A DNA stretch of 64,000 nt from Oscillospiraceae bacterium (GTDB lineage Bacteria > Bacillota > Clostridia > Oscillospirales > CAG-272), in the NCBI GenBank assembly GCA_015063745.1, contig SVTO01000003.1:3212-67211 (forward strand), read 5' to 3'. Both the position numbers and the translations under genes were made by a program. A model generated the notes under the pieces. The model saw nothing but the letters and a program-made list of their open reading frames with translations. It did not search any database and had not been told where the DNA came from. Below are positions 26,282 to 34,771 of the stretch, piece by piece; the stretch's first letter is position 1; the number at the start of each line of letters is the position of its first letter.

Positions 26282-26316
26282 AGCCGGATTCCCTTATGGG
26301 TTTCCGGCTTTACTTA
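26282..26316 (+). terminator. rho-independent terminator after the SASP gene
   Basis: Stem AGCCGGA (26282-26288) / TCCGGCT (26303-26309) followed by a T-rich tract. Confidence 0.6.
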
Positions 26317-26436
26317 TTTATTGATTGCCAATTCTCTATATCTTATTCTCAATCCAAAAAATTCTTCAAAATATTGACAAGCCCGAATGGGTGTGCTACA
26401 ATATTTACAACATTATATCGTATGAGGAGGTTTCTC

Positions 26437-27099
26437 ATGGAACTCAAAGGAAAAAAGGCTGTATTCCTCGGTGACAGCATTACGGAAGGTGTCGGGGTTT
26501 CAAAGCATGAAAATATTTACTTCAACAGACTGAGGGTTCTCGGTGAGCTTGCGGAAGTGAAGGGCTACGGAATCAGCGGTACACGTATTGCTCGTCAGAT
26601 TACTCCCACTGAATATGCGCCTTTGTTCGACAGGGATTATTGTATGCGTGTGGAAGAACTGGATGAGGATGCGGATATTATCGTCGTTTTCGGCTGTACC
26701 AATGACTTCGGTCACGGTGATGCGCCCATCGGCACGCCGGAAGACCGTACGCCCGATACTTTCTGGGGAGCTTGCCATTATCTGATGAACCGTCTCCAGG
26801 AACGTTTCCACGGAAGAACCATTGTTTTTCTGACCCCTCTCCATCGCTGTGATGAAGATATGCCCAAGCAGATTCCCACCGGTCTGGATACACCCGTTAC
26901 TCTGGAAACCTACAATCAGATTCTCAAGACCGTTGCCGAATGGTACGCTATTCCGATTATGGATATGCGTGCGGTTTCCGGTATTCAGCCCCGTGTGCCC
27001 GTTGTTGCGGAGACATTATGCCCTGACGGACTGCACCCCAATGATGCGGGTCATGCACTGATGGCTGAGAGACTTTTTGGTTTCCTTAAAAATCTTTAA
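26437..27099 (+). CDS. SGNH/GDSL-family hydrolase
   Basis: Start ATG 26437 after a GAGGAGG RBS. Block I is AVFLGDSITEG. GCTNDFG and a C-terminal DGLHPN block are present. Confidence 0.75.
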   Translation: MELKGKKAVFLGDSITEGVGVSKHENIYFNRLRVLGELAEVKGYGISGTRIARQITPTEYAPLFDRDYCMRVEELDEDADIIVVFGCTNDFGHGDAPIGTPEDRTPDTFWGACHYLMNRLQERFHGRTIVFLTPLHRCDEDMPKQIPTGLDTPVTLETYNQILKTVAEWYAIPIMDMRAVSGIQPRVPVVAETLCPDGLHPNDAGHALMAERLFGFLKNL

Positions 27100-27111
27100 T
27101 ATGCTTTTTTG

Positions 27112-27149
27112 AAAAATCTCGTCGATTTTTTTGATGAGATTTTTCTTTT
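27112..27149 (+). terminator. rho-independent terminator
   Basis: AAATCTCGTC / GATGAGATTT inverted repeat followed by TTTTCTTTT. Confidence 0.5.
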
Positions 27150-27258
27150 GTTTACGGCGAATTTTGTGCACTTTTTTCACCGGTTTATTCTGAGAGTGTC
27201 TGTGTACGGTTTTTGCAGCTTTTCAACACCGAATATTTCTTTTTTTCACGGTTTTGTG

Positions 27259-27288
27259 TTGACAAATTCACATCCAATGTGTTAAAAT
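27259..27288 (+). promoter_or_regulatory. sigma-A-type promoter upstream of the DeoR regulator/dehydrogenase operon
   Basis: TTGACA (27259-27264), 18-nt spacer with an extended TG, TAAAAT (27283-27288). Confidence 0.45.
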
Positions 27289-27353
27289 AATACGGAACTT
27301 GTGTTACTTTAGATTCCGGACGTTTTACGCTTCGGGGTCGGAAAGGCTGTAAC

Positions 27354-28127
27354 ATGTATAACGACAGACGAGACAAAATTCGAACGCTTTTACTTTCGAA
27401 ACCCTTTGTTTCCCTTGCTGAACTGGAAGCTATGTTCCCCAATGTTTCCAGCATGACTCTGCGGCGCGACATCGAATACTTTGAAAAGGAACATGAAGCC
27501 ATCAAGGTACGCGGCGGTGCCAGATCTACCCGGTTCATTTCCGGTGAAGGTGATGCCACCATCAGTGCCAGACTGAAGGCAAATGTACATTCCAAAGACT
27601 GTATTGCTGCACGTGCGGCAGAATTTTTGGAAACCGGACGCTCCATCTTTCTGGATTCCGGTTCTACCCTGCAGCACATTTCCCAATACATTCCCAATGA
27701 CCGTTACATTTTCACGACGACTGACCCGGTACTTGCTCTGGATCTCTGCAAGATCGGTCTTCCTCTTGTGAACATCGTGGGCGGTAAGCTGGACAAGGAC
27801 AACCAGACCATTACCGGTCTACAGGCCAGCCGTTTTCTGGATGATGTGAACATCGATATCGCCTTTCTTTCTCCTTCCGGTCTTTCCCTGCGCGGCGGCT
27901 TTTCTGTAGGCAACTACAGCGAATGTGAGCTCAAGCGTATTGTTGTGGCCAAAGCGAGAATGGTGATTATCATGATGGACTCTTCCAAAATCGACAAGTC
28001 CATGCCTTACACCTTCTGCGATCTCACCAGAGCCGACATTCTTCTGACCGATGCGCCCCTGCCCGACGAGTTGGCTGCGTATGCCAGAGAAGAAAATGTC
28101 CGCGTGATCAATGTTCTGGAAGGCTGA
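27354..28127 (+). CDS. DeoR-family transcriptional regulator
   Basis: 257 aa with an N-terminal wHTH (SLAELEAMFPNVSSMTLRRDIEYFE) plus a DeoR C-terminal sensor domain. Confidence 0.8.
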   Translation: MYNDRRDKIRTLLLSKPFVSLAELEAMFPNVSSMTLRRDIEYFEKEHEAIKVRGGARSTRFISGEGDATISARLKANVHSKDCIAARAAEFLETGRSIFLDSGSTLQHISQYIPNDRYIFTTTDPVLALDLCKIGLPLVNIVGGKLDKDNQTITGLQASRFLDDVNIDIAFLSPSGLSLRGGFSVGNYSECELKRIVVAKARMVIIMMDSSKIDKSMPYTFCDLTRADILLTDAPLPDELAAYAREENVRVINVLEG

Positions 28128-28194
28128 TTTCGCGCATAATTTTCCCCATTCCTGTTTATAAAGAAATTTTATATATTAAGAAAGGACTAAACAT

Positions 28195-29496
28195 ATGGCT
28201 AATGTTGTTATCATGCCCCGTCAGGGACAAAGTGTGGAAAGCTGTATCATTACCACATGGCAGAAGCAAAAAGGCGACAAGGTGGCTATCGGAGATGTTC
28301 TGTTCTCATATGAAACCGACAAGTCCGCTTTTGACGAAACCGCTCAGGTGGAAGGTACCATGCTGGCTATCTTTGCCGCAGAAGGCGATGTTGTTCCCTG
28401 TCTCGATCCCGTTTGTGTGATCGGTGAAGAAGGTGAAGACATTTCTGCCCTCATTCCTGCCGGCGGTAATTCCGAAGAGGCTGCTCCCACCGAAGAAGCT
28501 GCCCCTGCTGAAGAAGCCGCTCCCGCTGCTGAAGCTGTTGTTACCGCTCCCGCTGCCGGTGACCGTGTGTTCATCTCTCCCAGAGCAAAGCTGCTCGCTC
28601 TGAAGACCGGATGCGATCTGTCCAAGGTTGCTCCTACCGGCCCTCACGGCAGAATCATTGAACGTGACGTAAACAAGGCACTGGATGCCGGCTTTACCAC
28701 CACTACCGACAAGATCGAAGCATTCCTGGCCGGTCAGCTGATCGTGGAAGAAGTTAAGGAAGAAGCTGCTCCCGCTCCTGTGGCTGCTGCTCCCGCTGCC
28801 GACGATCTCCGCGCTTACACTGAAGAACCCTTCTCCAATGTACGCAAGGTTATCGCCAAGTCCATGCACGCTTCCCTGTCCGAAATGGCTCAGCTTACTC
28901 TCAACTCCTCCTTCGACGCTACCGCTCTTCTGGAATACAGAAACAAGATCAAGGCTGCCGGCGAAGTTATGGGTATGGGTAAGATCACCATCAACGATAT
29001 GGTTCTGTACGCTGTTTCCAGAGTACTGCCCAACTATCCCGAAATCAATGCCAATGTTGTGGATAACACCTTCCGCAAGTTCAAGCACGCCAATGTTGGC
29101 ATGGCTGTTGACACCGACCGCGGACTTCTGGTTCCCGTTATCTTCGGTGCCGAAAAGCTGACTCTGGCCGAACTGGCTGCGAAGACCAAGGAAGCTGCAG
29201 GCAAGGCAAGAGAAGGCAAGCTGTCTCCCGATGAAATGTCCGGCGGTTCCTTCACTGTTTCCAACCTGGGTTCCATGGGTGTTGAAAGCTTCACTCCCGT
29301 TATCAATCCTCCCCAGACCGCTATCCTGGGTGTTTGCTGCACCACCAACCGCGTAAAGGCTGACGGCAGTGTATATCCGGCTATGGGTCTGTCCCTCACC
29401 TTCGACCACAGAGCTGTTGACGGCGCTCCCGCTGCCAAGTTCCTCAAGGAACTCTGCACTGCTCTCGAAAACTTCGAACTGCTGCTGGCTAAATAA
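28195..29496 (+). CDS. 2-oxoacid dehydrogenase E2 (dihydrolipoamide acyltransferase)
   Basis: 433 aa. One lipoyl domain (YETDKS), Ala/Pro/Glu linkers, a subunit-binding domain (ISPRAKLLALKTGCDL), and catalytic DHRAVDG. Confidence 0.9.
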   Translation: MANVVIMPRQGQSVESCIITTWQKQKGDKVAIGDVLFSYETDKSAFDETAQVEGTMLAIFAAEGDVVPCLDPVCVIGEEGEDISALIPAGGNSEEAAPTEEAAPAEEAAPAAEAVVTAPAAGDRVFISPRAKLLALKTGCDLSKVAPTGPHGRIIERDVNKALDAGFTTTTDKIEAFLAGQLIVEEVKEEAAPAPVAAAPAADDLRAYTEEPFSNVRKVIAKSMHASLSEMAQLTLNSSFDATALLEYRNKIKAAGEVMGMGKITINDMVLYAVSRVLPNYPEINANVVDNTFRKFKHANVGMAVDTDRGLLVPVIFGAEKLTLAELAAKTKEAAGKAREGKLSPDEMSGGSFTVSNLGSMGVESFTPVINPPQTAILGVCCTTNRVKADGSVYPAMGLSLTFDHRAVDGAPAAKFLKELCTALENFELLLAK

Positions 29497-29509
29497 GAGG
29501 TGAATATAT

Positions 29510-30883
29510 ATGTTTGATCTGATTATTCTCGGTGGCGGTCCTGCCGGTTACAATGCGGCTGAACGTGCTGCACACAACGGCATGAAGACCCTTGTTTGCG
29601 AAGAACGTGCACTGGGCGGTGTTTGTCTGAACGAAGGCTGCATCCCCACCAAGACTTTACTGTATTCCGCAAAAATTTTCGATTATGCCAACCATGGCGA
29701 CAAGTACGGTGTTACCGTTGAAGGTGCCAAGATCGACCACGCCAAGGTTGTTGACCGCAAGGACAAGGTAGTTAAGACTCTGGTTTCCGGTGTCGCTGCC
29801 AAGATGAAGGGTGCCGGCGTTACTGTTGTGAACGGTACTGCCAAGATTACCGGCAAGACTGCTTCCGGCTTCTCCGTTGTTTGCGGCGGTGAAACCTACG
29901 AAGCTGCCAAACTGCTGATCTGTACCGGTTCTGAAGCGGTTGTTCCTCCGATTCCCGGTCTGCGCGAATCCTATGAAGCCGGTCTGGCCGTTACCAACCG
30001 TGAAATTCTGGATCTGCGCGTTCTGCCCAAGCGTGTCGTTGTTGTGGGCGGCGGTGTTATCGGTCTGGAAATGGCTTCCTATTATAACTCCGTCGGCAGT
30101 GAAGTTACCGTTGTGGAAATGCTGAACAAGATCGCAGGTCCCACCGAAGCGGAAATTTCCTCCATTCTGGAAAAGAACTATCAGAAGAAGGGTGTCAAGT
30201 TCATTCTCGGCGCCAAGGTTGTTTCTGTGAACGGCAAGCCCGGTGCGGGTGTTGTTGCCTACGAAAAGGACGGTAAGACCGAAACCATCGAATGTGATCT
30301 GGTTCTGGTTTCCACCGGTCGTCGTGCACGCACCAAGGACATCGGTCTGGAAGAACTGGGTGTTCAGATGAACCGCGGTGCTGTGGTTACGGATGAACAC
30401 TGCCGCACTTCCATTCCCGGTGTATGGGCTGCAGGCGACGTGAACGGCAAGGTTATGCTGGCGCACACCGCTTACAGAGAAGGCGAAGTTGCCGTTTCCG
30501 ATATGATGGGTATTGCGGACCGTGTGGACTACCGTTCCATTCCTTCCGTTATTTACACCAACCCCGAAGTGGGTACTGTAGGTGAAACTCTGGATTCTGC
30601 CAAGGCTGCCGGTATTGATGCTGCCGAAGTTACCCTGTCCCTCCGTTACAGCGGTCGTTACATCGCGGAAAACGAAGGCGGCGACGGTATCGTTAAGGTT
30701 GTTTACGGCAAGGAACACAAGCAGATCCTCGGTGTTCATATGATCGGCGGCTATGCTTCCGAAATCATTTACGGTGCTGCTGCTATGGTTGCAAAGGAAC
30801 AGCGCGTTGCGGATGTTCAGAAAATCGTATTCCCGCATCCCACCGTTTGCGAAGTTATCCGCGAAGCTATGTTTACCATCTGA
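29510..30883 (+). CDS. lpdA: dihydrolipoyl dehydrogenase (E3)
   Basis: 457 aa with FAD motif GGGPAGY, redox-active CLNEGCIPTK, and NAD motif GGGVIGLE. Confidence 0.9.
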   Translation: MFDLIILGGGPAGYNAAERAAHNGMKTLVCEERALGGVCLNEGCIPTKTLLYSAKIFDYANHGDKYGVTVEGAKIDHAKVVDRKDKVVKTLVSGVAAKMKGAGVTVVNGTAKITGKTASGFSVVCGGETYEAAKLLICTGSEAVVPPIPGLRESYEAGLAVTNREILDLRVLPKRVVVVGGGVIGLEMASYYNSVGSEVTVVEMLNKIAGPTEAEISSILEKNYQKKGVKFILGAKVVSVNGKPGAGVVAYEKDGKTETIECDLVLVSTGRRARTKDIGLEELGVQMNRGAVVTDEHCRTSIPGVWAAGDVNGKVMLAHTAYREGEVAVSDMMGIADRVDYRSIPSVIYTNPEVGTVGETLDSAKAAGIDAAEVTLSLRYSGRYIAENEGGDGIVKVVYGKEHKQILGVHMIGGYASEIIYGAAAMVAKEQRVADVQKIVFPHPTVCEVIREAMFTI

Positions 30884-30942
30884 GTAAGCATCGAATTCTG
30901 TTTACCATTTTCTAAATTTACATTATAAAGGAGATACAAGCT

Positions 30943-33426
30943 ATGCCTAAGAGTCAATATGTAGATCCCGGTAAAGTATTCCAGCCCGGTTACCTGGATT
31001 TTGAAAGTATCCCGCTGTGCCGTTACAGCAAAACGCTTGATGAAGAAAAGCAGATCTACTCCAAGGAAGATTTCATGCGTATCTACCACGATATGCGTAC
31101 CATCCGTGAGTTCGAAACCATGCTGAACGAAATCAAGGTTAAGAGCGAATACAACGGTGTTCAGTACAACAACCCCGGCCCGGCTCACCTGTCCATCGGT
31201 CAGGAAGCTTCCGCTGTAGGTCAGGCTTACTGCCTCGACATCAACGACTTCACCTTCGGTTCTCACAGAAGCCACGGCGAAATCCTTGCCAAGGGTCTGT
31301 CCTCCATCAATAAGCTGGAAGACAAGGAAGTTTACGACATCATGAAGGAATTTCTCGACGGTACCATCCTGAATGTCGTTGAAAAGCACAACAACACCGG
31401 CAACATCAAGGACCTGGCTAAGGACTTCCTGCTGTACGGTGCTCTGGCTGAAATCTTTGCACGTACCACCGGCTTCAACAAGGGTCTGGGCGGTTCCATG
31501 CACGCTTTCTTCATTCCCTTCGGTATTCTCCCGAACAATGCTATCGTAGGCGGCGCTGCTCCCATCGCTCTGGGTGCTGCTCTGTACAAGAGATCCTGCC
31601 ACAAGAAGGGTATCGTTGTTGCCAACTCCGGTGACGGTGCTACCGGTCGTGGTCCCGTTCTGGAATCCCTGAACTTTGCTTCCATGGACCAGATCACCAA
31701 GCTGTGGGGCATGGACGGCAAGTACTCCGACGAAGGTATGCCCATCCTGTTCAACGTATTCAACAACTTCTACGGCATGGGTGGTCAGACCATGGGCGAA
31801 ACCATGGGTTACACCAACCCCGTTCGTCTGGCTGCAGGTTTCAATCCTACCCAGATGCACGCTGAAAAGGTTAACGGTTACGATCCTCTGGCAGTAATCG
31901 ATGCTACTACCCGCAAGAAGGAACTGCTCGTAAACGGCAAGGGTCCCGCTCTGCTGGAAGTTGCTACCTACCGTATTTCCGGTCACTCTCCTTCCGACTC
32001 CTCCACTTACCGTACTCAGGAAGAAATCGACGCCTGGAAGGAAGTTTGTCCCATCGCTGCATACCGCAAGAAGATGATCGAAGGCGGTATCGCTTCCGAA
32101 GCTGAATTCGATGCTATCGACGAAGAAATCATCGGTCGTACCACCAAGATCATCAAGCTGGCTATCGACGATGAAATCTCTCCCAGAATGGATCTGGAAA
32201 AGAACCCCGGCATGATCTCCGACATCATGTACTCCAATCAGCACGTTAAGTCCATGGATCCCTCCAGAGAACCTGAAGTGCTGATGCCCAAGGAAGAAAA
32301 CCCGAGAGTTAAGCAGCTGGCTACCAAGGCTCGTTATGCTTACGACGAAAAGGGTCAGATGCTGCCCAAGATGAAGCTGTTCGGTCTGCGTGACGGTCTG
32401 TTCGAAGCTATTCTGGACAAGTTCTACGAAGACCCCACCACCATCGCTTACGGTGAAGACAACCGTGACTGGGGCGGTGCATTCGCTGTTTACCGCGGTC
32501 TGACCGAAGCTCTTCCCTACCATCGTTTCTTCAATGCGCCCATTTCCGAATCCGCTATCGTTGGTTCCGCTGTTGGTTACGCTATCGCAGGCGGCCGTGC
32601 TATCGTTGAACTGATGTATGCTGACTTTATCGGCTGCGCAGGTGACGAAATCTTCAACCAGCTGGCTAAGTGGCAGTCCATGTCCGCCGGTATCCTGAAG
32701 ATGCCCGTTGTTCTCCGTGTTTCCGTTGGTTCCAAGTATGGTGCTCAGCACTCTCAGGACTGGACCGCTCTGTGTTCTCACATCCCCGGCCTGAAGGTTT
32801 GCTTCCCCGCTACTCCTTACGATGCCAAGGGTCTGATGAATGCGGCTCTGAACGGCACTGACCCCGTTATCTTCTTTGAATCCCAGAGAATTTACGATAT
32901 CGGTGAACAGTTCCACGAAGGCGGCGTTCCCACCGATTACTACGAAGTTGAATTCGGCGATCCCGATATCAAGCGTGTTGGTAAGGATGTTACCATTCTG
33001 ACCATCGGTGCTGTTCTGTACCGCGCTCTGGATGCTGCAAAGACTCTGGAAGAAAAGTACGGTATCTCCGCTGAAGTTATCGACGCTCGTTCCATGGTTC
33101 CCTTCAACTACGAAAAGGTTATCGAATCCGTTAAGAAGACCGGTAAGATCGTTATCGTCGGTGACGCTGTTGACAGAGGCTCCATCATGCGTGATATGGC
33201 TTCCAACATCACCGAAATGTGCTTCGATTACCTGGATGCTCCTCCGGCAGTATTCGGTTCCAGAAACTGGATCACTCCTGCATTCGAACTGGAAAAGTAC
33301 TACTTCCCGCAGGCTGACGGTATCATCGATGTTATCTCCGAAAAGCTCATGCCCATTCCGGGACATACTACCAAGTACAACGAAACTGAGCTTGAACACA
33401 TCGAAAGAAGCAAGAAGGGTCTGTAA
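30943..33426 (+). CDS. fused E1 alpha-beta subunit of a 2-oxoacid (acetoin/pyruvate/branched-chain type) dehydrogenase
   Basis: 827 aa. The N-half is E1-alpha with TPP motif GDGATGRGPVLESLN. The C-half is E1-beta (ISESAIVGSAVGYAIAGGRAIVELMYADF). AAGGAGA RBS. Confidence 0.85.
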   Translation: MPKSQYVDPGKVFQPGYLDFESIPLCRYSKTLDEEKQIYSKEDFMRIYHDMRTIREFETMLNEIKVKSEYNGVQYNNPGPAHLSIGQEASAVGQAYCLDINDFTFGSHRSHGEILAKGLSSINKLEDKEVYDIMKEFLDGTILNVVEKHNNTGNIKDLAKDFLLYGALAEIFARTTGFNKGLGGSMHAFFIPFGILPNNAIVGGAAPIALGAALYKRSCHKKGIVVANSGDGATGRGPVLESLNFASMDQITKLWGMDGKYSDEGMPILFNVFNNFYGMGGQTMGETMGYTNPVRLAAGFNPTQMHAEKVNGYDPLAVIDATTRKKELLVNGKGPALLEVATYRISGHSPSDSSTYRTQEEIDAWKEVCPIAAYRKKMIEGGIASEAEFDAIDEEIIGRTTKIIKLAIDDEISPRMDLEKNPGMISDIMYSNQHVKSMDPSREPEVLMPKEENPRVKQLATKARYAYDEKGQMLPKMKLFGLRDGLFEAILDKFYEDPTTIAYGEDNRDWGGAFAVYRGLTEALPYHRFFNAPISESAIVGSAVGYAIAGGRAIVELMYADFIGCAGDEIFNQLAKWQSMSAGILKMPVVLRVSVGSKYGAQHSQDWTALCSHIPGLKVCFPATPYDAKGLMNAALNGTDPVIFFESQRIYDIGEQFHEGGVPTDYYEVEFGDPDIKRVGKDVTILTIGAVLYRALDAAKTLEEKYGISAEVIDARSMVPFNYEKVIESVKKTGKIVIVGDAVDRGSIMRDMASNITEMCFDYLDAPPAVFGSRNWITPAFELEKYYFPQADGIIDVISEKLMPIPGHTTKYNETELEHIERSKKGL

Positions 33427-33447
33427 TTTCTGACATACCAACTCTTT

Positions 33448-33485
33448 GAGGGAGGCTCCTTTAGGGGCTTCCCTCTTTTTCTTTT
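33448..33485 (+). terminator. rho-independent terminator of the dehydrogenase operon
   Basis: GAGGGAGGCTCC / GGGGCTTCCCTC hairpin followed by TTTTTCTTTTGTTTTT. Confidence 0.7.
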
Positions 33486-33500
33486 GTTTTTGAAGATTGA

Positions 33501-33535
33501 AAAAAAGCTGTTGTTATGATCCCAACAGCTTTTTC
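33501..33535. terminator. second, bidirectional terminator
   Basis: A6, then GCTGTTG (33507-33513) / CAACAGC (33523-33529), then T5. Confidence 0.6.
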
Positions 33536-33563
33536 TAAGGTTTCTAATATTTTGCCTGCAGTG

Positions 33564-33790
33564 TTACTGCCTGTCTCGATTTCTCTGGAAAGTATAATAA
33601 TCTGCGTTACCGTCCGGGTGTGAGGATGTATACTTGAATCCGGCTTTTACAATTGTTTTCTTGACGGGAGATTATTGGGGAAATTTACGGCAGTGACTTT
33701 CTCGCAGTTTTCGTATTTTTAAGTGAGATATCGCAGAATTGCAGTCCCGATTCCCTTTCCGCGTTGATTTGGTAATACCAACTTTTCCTC
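33564..33790 (-). pseudogene. degraded GNAT (RimJ/RimL-like) N-acetyltransferase remnant
   Basis: My minus-strand translation gives three pieces in three frames broken by stops. They are LVLPNQRGKGIGTAILRYLT* (GNAT motif A), then VTAVNFPNNLPSRK, then KKTIVKAGFKYTSSHPDGNADYYTFQR*. No N-terminal half is present. Confidence 0.5.
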
Positions 33791-34289
33791 AACGTTCCAA
33801 TTCATTCTCCTTATACACAAGATGCTGTACAGTCAGGTTTTCATACGTAATTATCGGAACGATCTGCGGCGGATAAATCAATAATTCCGGTAGTTTTTCA
33901 ATCGGAATCCAGTAAAAACGTACCGGGAACTCTCTTTCTTCCAAAAATTCTTTTGTAATAAAACTATCCGCCTGAGGCAGACTGTCGGGCGAGGTCAGTT
34001 CCACCTGGAAATACGTACAGATCTGATGGCACTCTTTTTCTCCCCATGGAAAAAATATTTCAGCAACTGCACGGAGCGGCCCTACCGTTATTTCTGTATT
34101 GCATTCTTCCCTGAATTCTCTTGCCAGTGTTTCCTCGTTGGTTTCTCCAAGGGCAACGTGTCCTCCGGGAACCGCATAACCGTCATCATTGTCCGGCTTT
34201 TGCAAAAGTACTTTCCCGTCGCGGATCAGTATTCCTGCTGTACGGTAACTGAATACAAATTCCTCTGTGTGATAGCGAATATCCGGCAT
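33789..34289 (-). CDS. NUDIX hydrolase
   Basis: Start ATG 34289 (MPDIRYH) after an AGGAGA RBS. Nudix box GGHVALGETNEETLAREFREECN. Confidence 0.85.
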   Translation of the reverse strand: MPDIRYHTEEFVFSYRTAGILIRDGKVLLQKPDNDDGYAVPGGHVALGETNEETLAREFREECNTEITVGPLRAVAEIFFPWGEKECHQICTYFQVELTSPDSLPQADSFITKEFLEEREFPVRFYWIPIEKLPELLIYPPQIVPIITYENLTVQHLVYKENELER

Positions 34290-34476
34290 TGTTTTCTCCT
34301 TTTCCCTGTGAAAATCCATGATTGCATATAGAGCCATTGAGGTTTCAAATTATAGTATAACTTTTTTACTGTGTTATTGGCGTATGGTAAATTTTCTGTA
34401 AACATCAAATTTATGATTTACTGGCATATCCGTCGTTTTCTGTATATATAATTACGTATTATTTCTGAAAAATCTC

Positions 34477-34505
34477 TTGCAAAAACAGATGGAATGTGTT
34501 ATACT
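34477..34505 (+). promoter_or_regulatory. sigma-A promoter of the serS leader
   Basis: TTGCAA (34477-34482), 17-nt spacer with an extended-10 TG, TATACT (34500-34505). Confidence 0.6.
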
Positions 34506-34511
34506 ATCTTA

Positions 34512-34762
34512 TAGTTATGATGAAAGCTATCGTTTTATCTGACGGAATCAGAGAGGCATCGGTTGGTGTGAGGTGCTCCGTCTGAAACGTATCCACTTTC
34601 GGAGCTGCCGGTGAAAGCCGGAGGGTGGTACCCTTTACCGTACTGTTTGAGTGGTCTGTGTTTTGGCACAGGCAATATGGGTGGCAACACGGAGTCGATT
34701 CGTCCCATACTGTCTTCGGATAGAGGGAAGTCGGCTCTTTATTATTTTATTTATTTTTTGGA
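34512..34762 (+). promoter_or_regulatory. T-box riboswitch leader (Ser specifier UCC)
   Basis: K-turn-like ATGATGA (34516-34522) and stem I AGAGAG..GGTTGGTG. Specifier loop has TCC (34592-34594) followed by A, directly 5' of the resumed helix CTTTC pairing with GAAAG. T-box motif AATATGGGTGGCAACACGG at 34674-34692; its UGGC would pair with a G73 discriminator. A terminator helix and long T-tract end near 34760. Confidence 0.8.
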
Positions 34763-34771
34763 GGATGTACC

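Noticed and set aside
27185-27697. 170-aa minus-strand ORF overlapping the DeoR regulator start region.
   Set aside because: It overlaps the promoter and the 5' part of a well-supported DeoR gene, and has no motifs or RBS.
30817-33441. 874-aa minus-strand ORF covering the whole fused E1 gene.
   Set aside because: It is exactly codon-aligned antisense to a gene with unmistakable E1 alpha/beta motifs. The translation is low-complexity (G/V/D/F/T-rich) with no recognisable motif, start context or RBS. It is explained by the sense gene lacking TTA/CTA/TCA codons.
34619-34632. A second GGGTGGTACC motif upstream of the T-box sequence, suggesting a tandem T-box.
   Set aside because: There is only one stem I / specifier region and one terminator. 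This copy forms its own short GGGT/ACCC hairpin in the stem II/III region, and its UGGU would not match the tRNA-Ser discriminator. I judge it not to be a second riboswitch.
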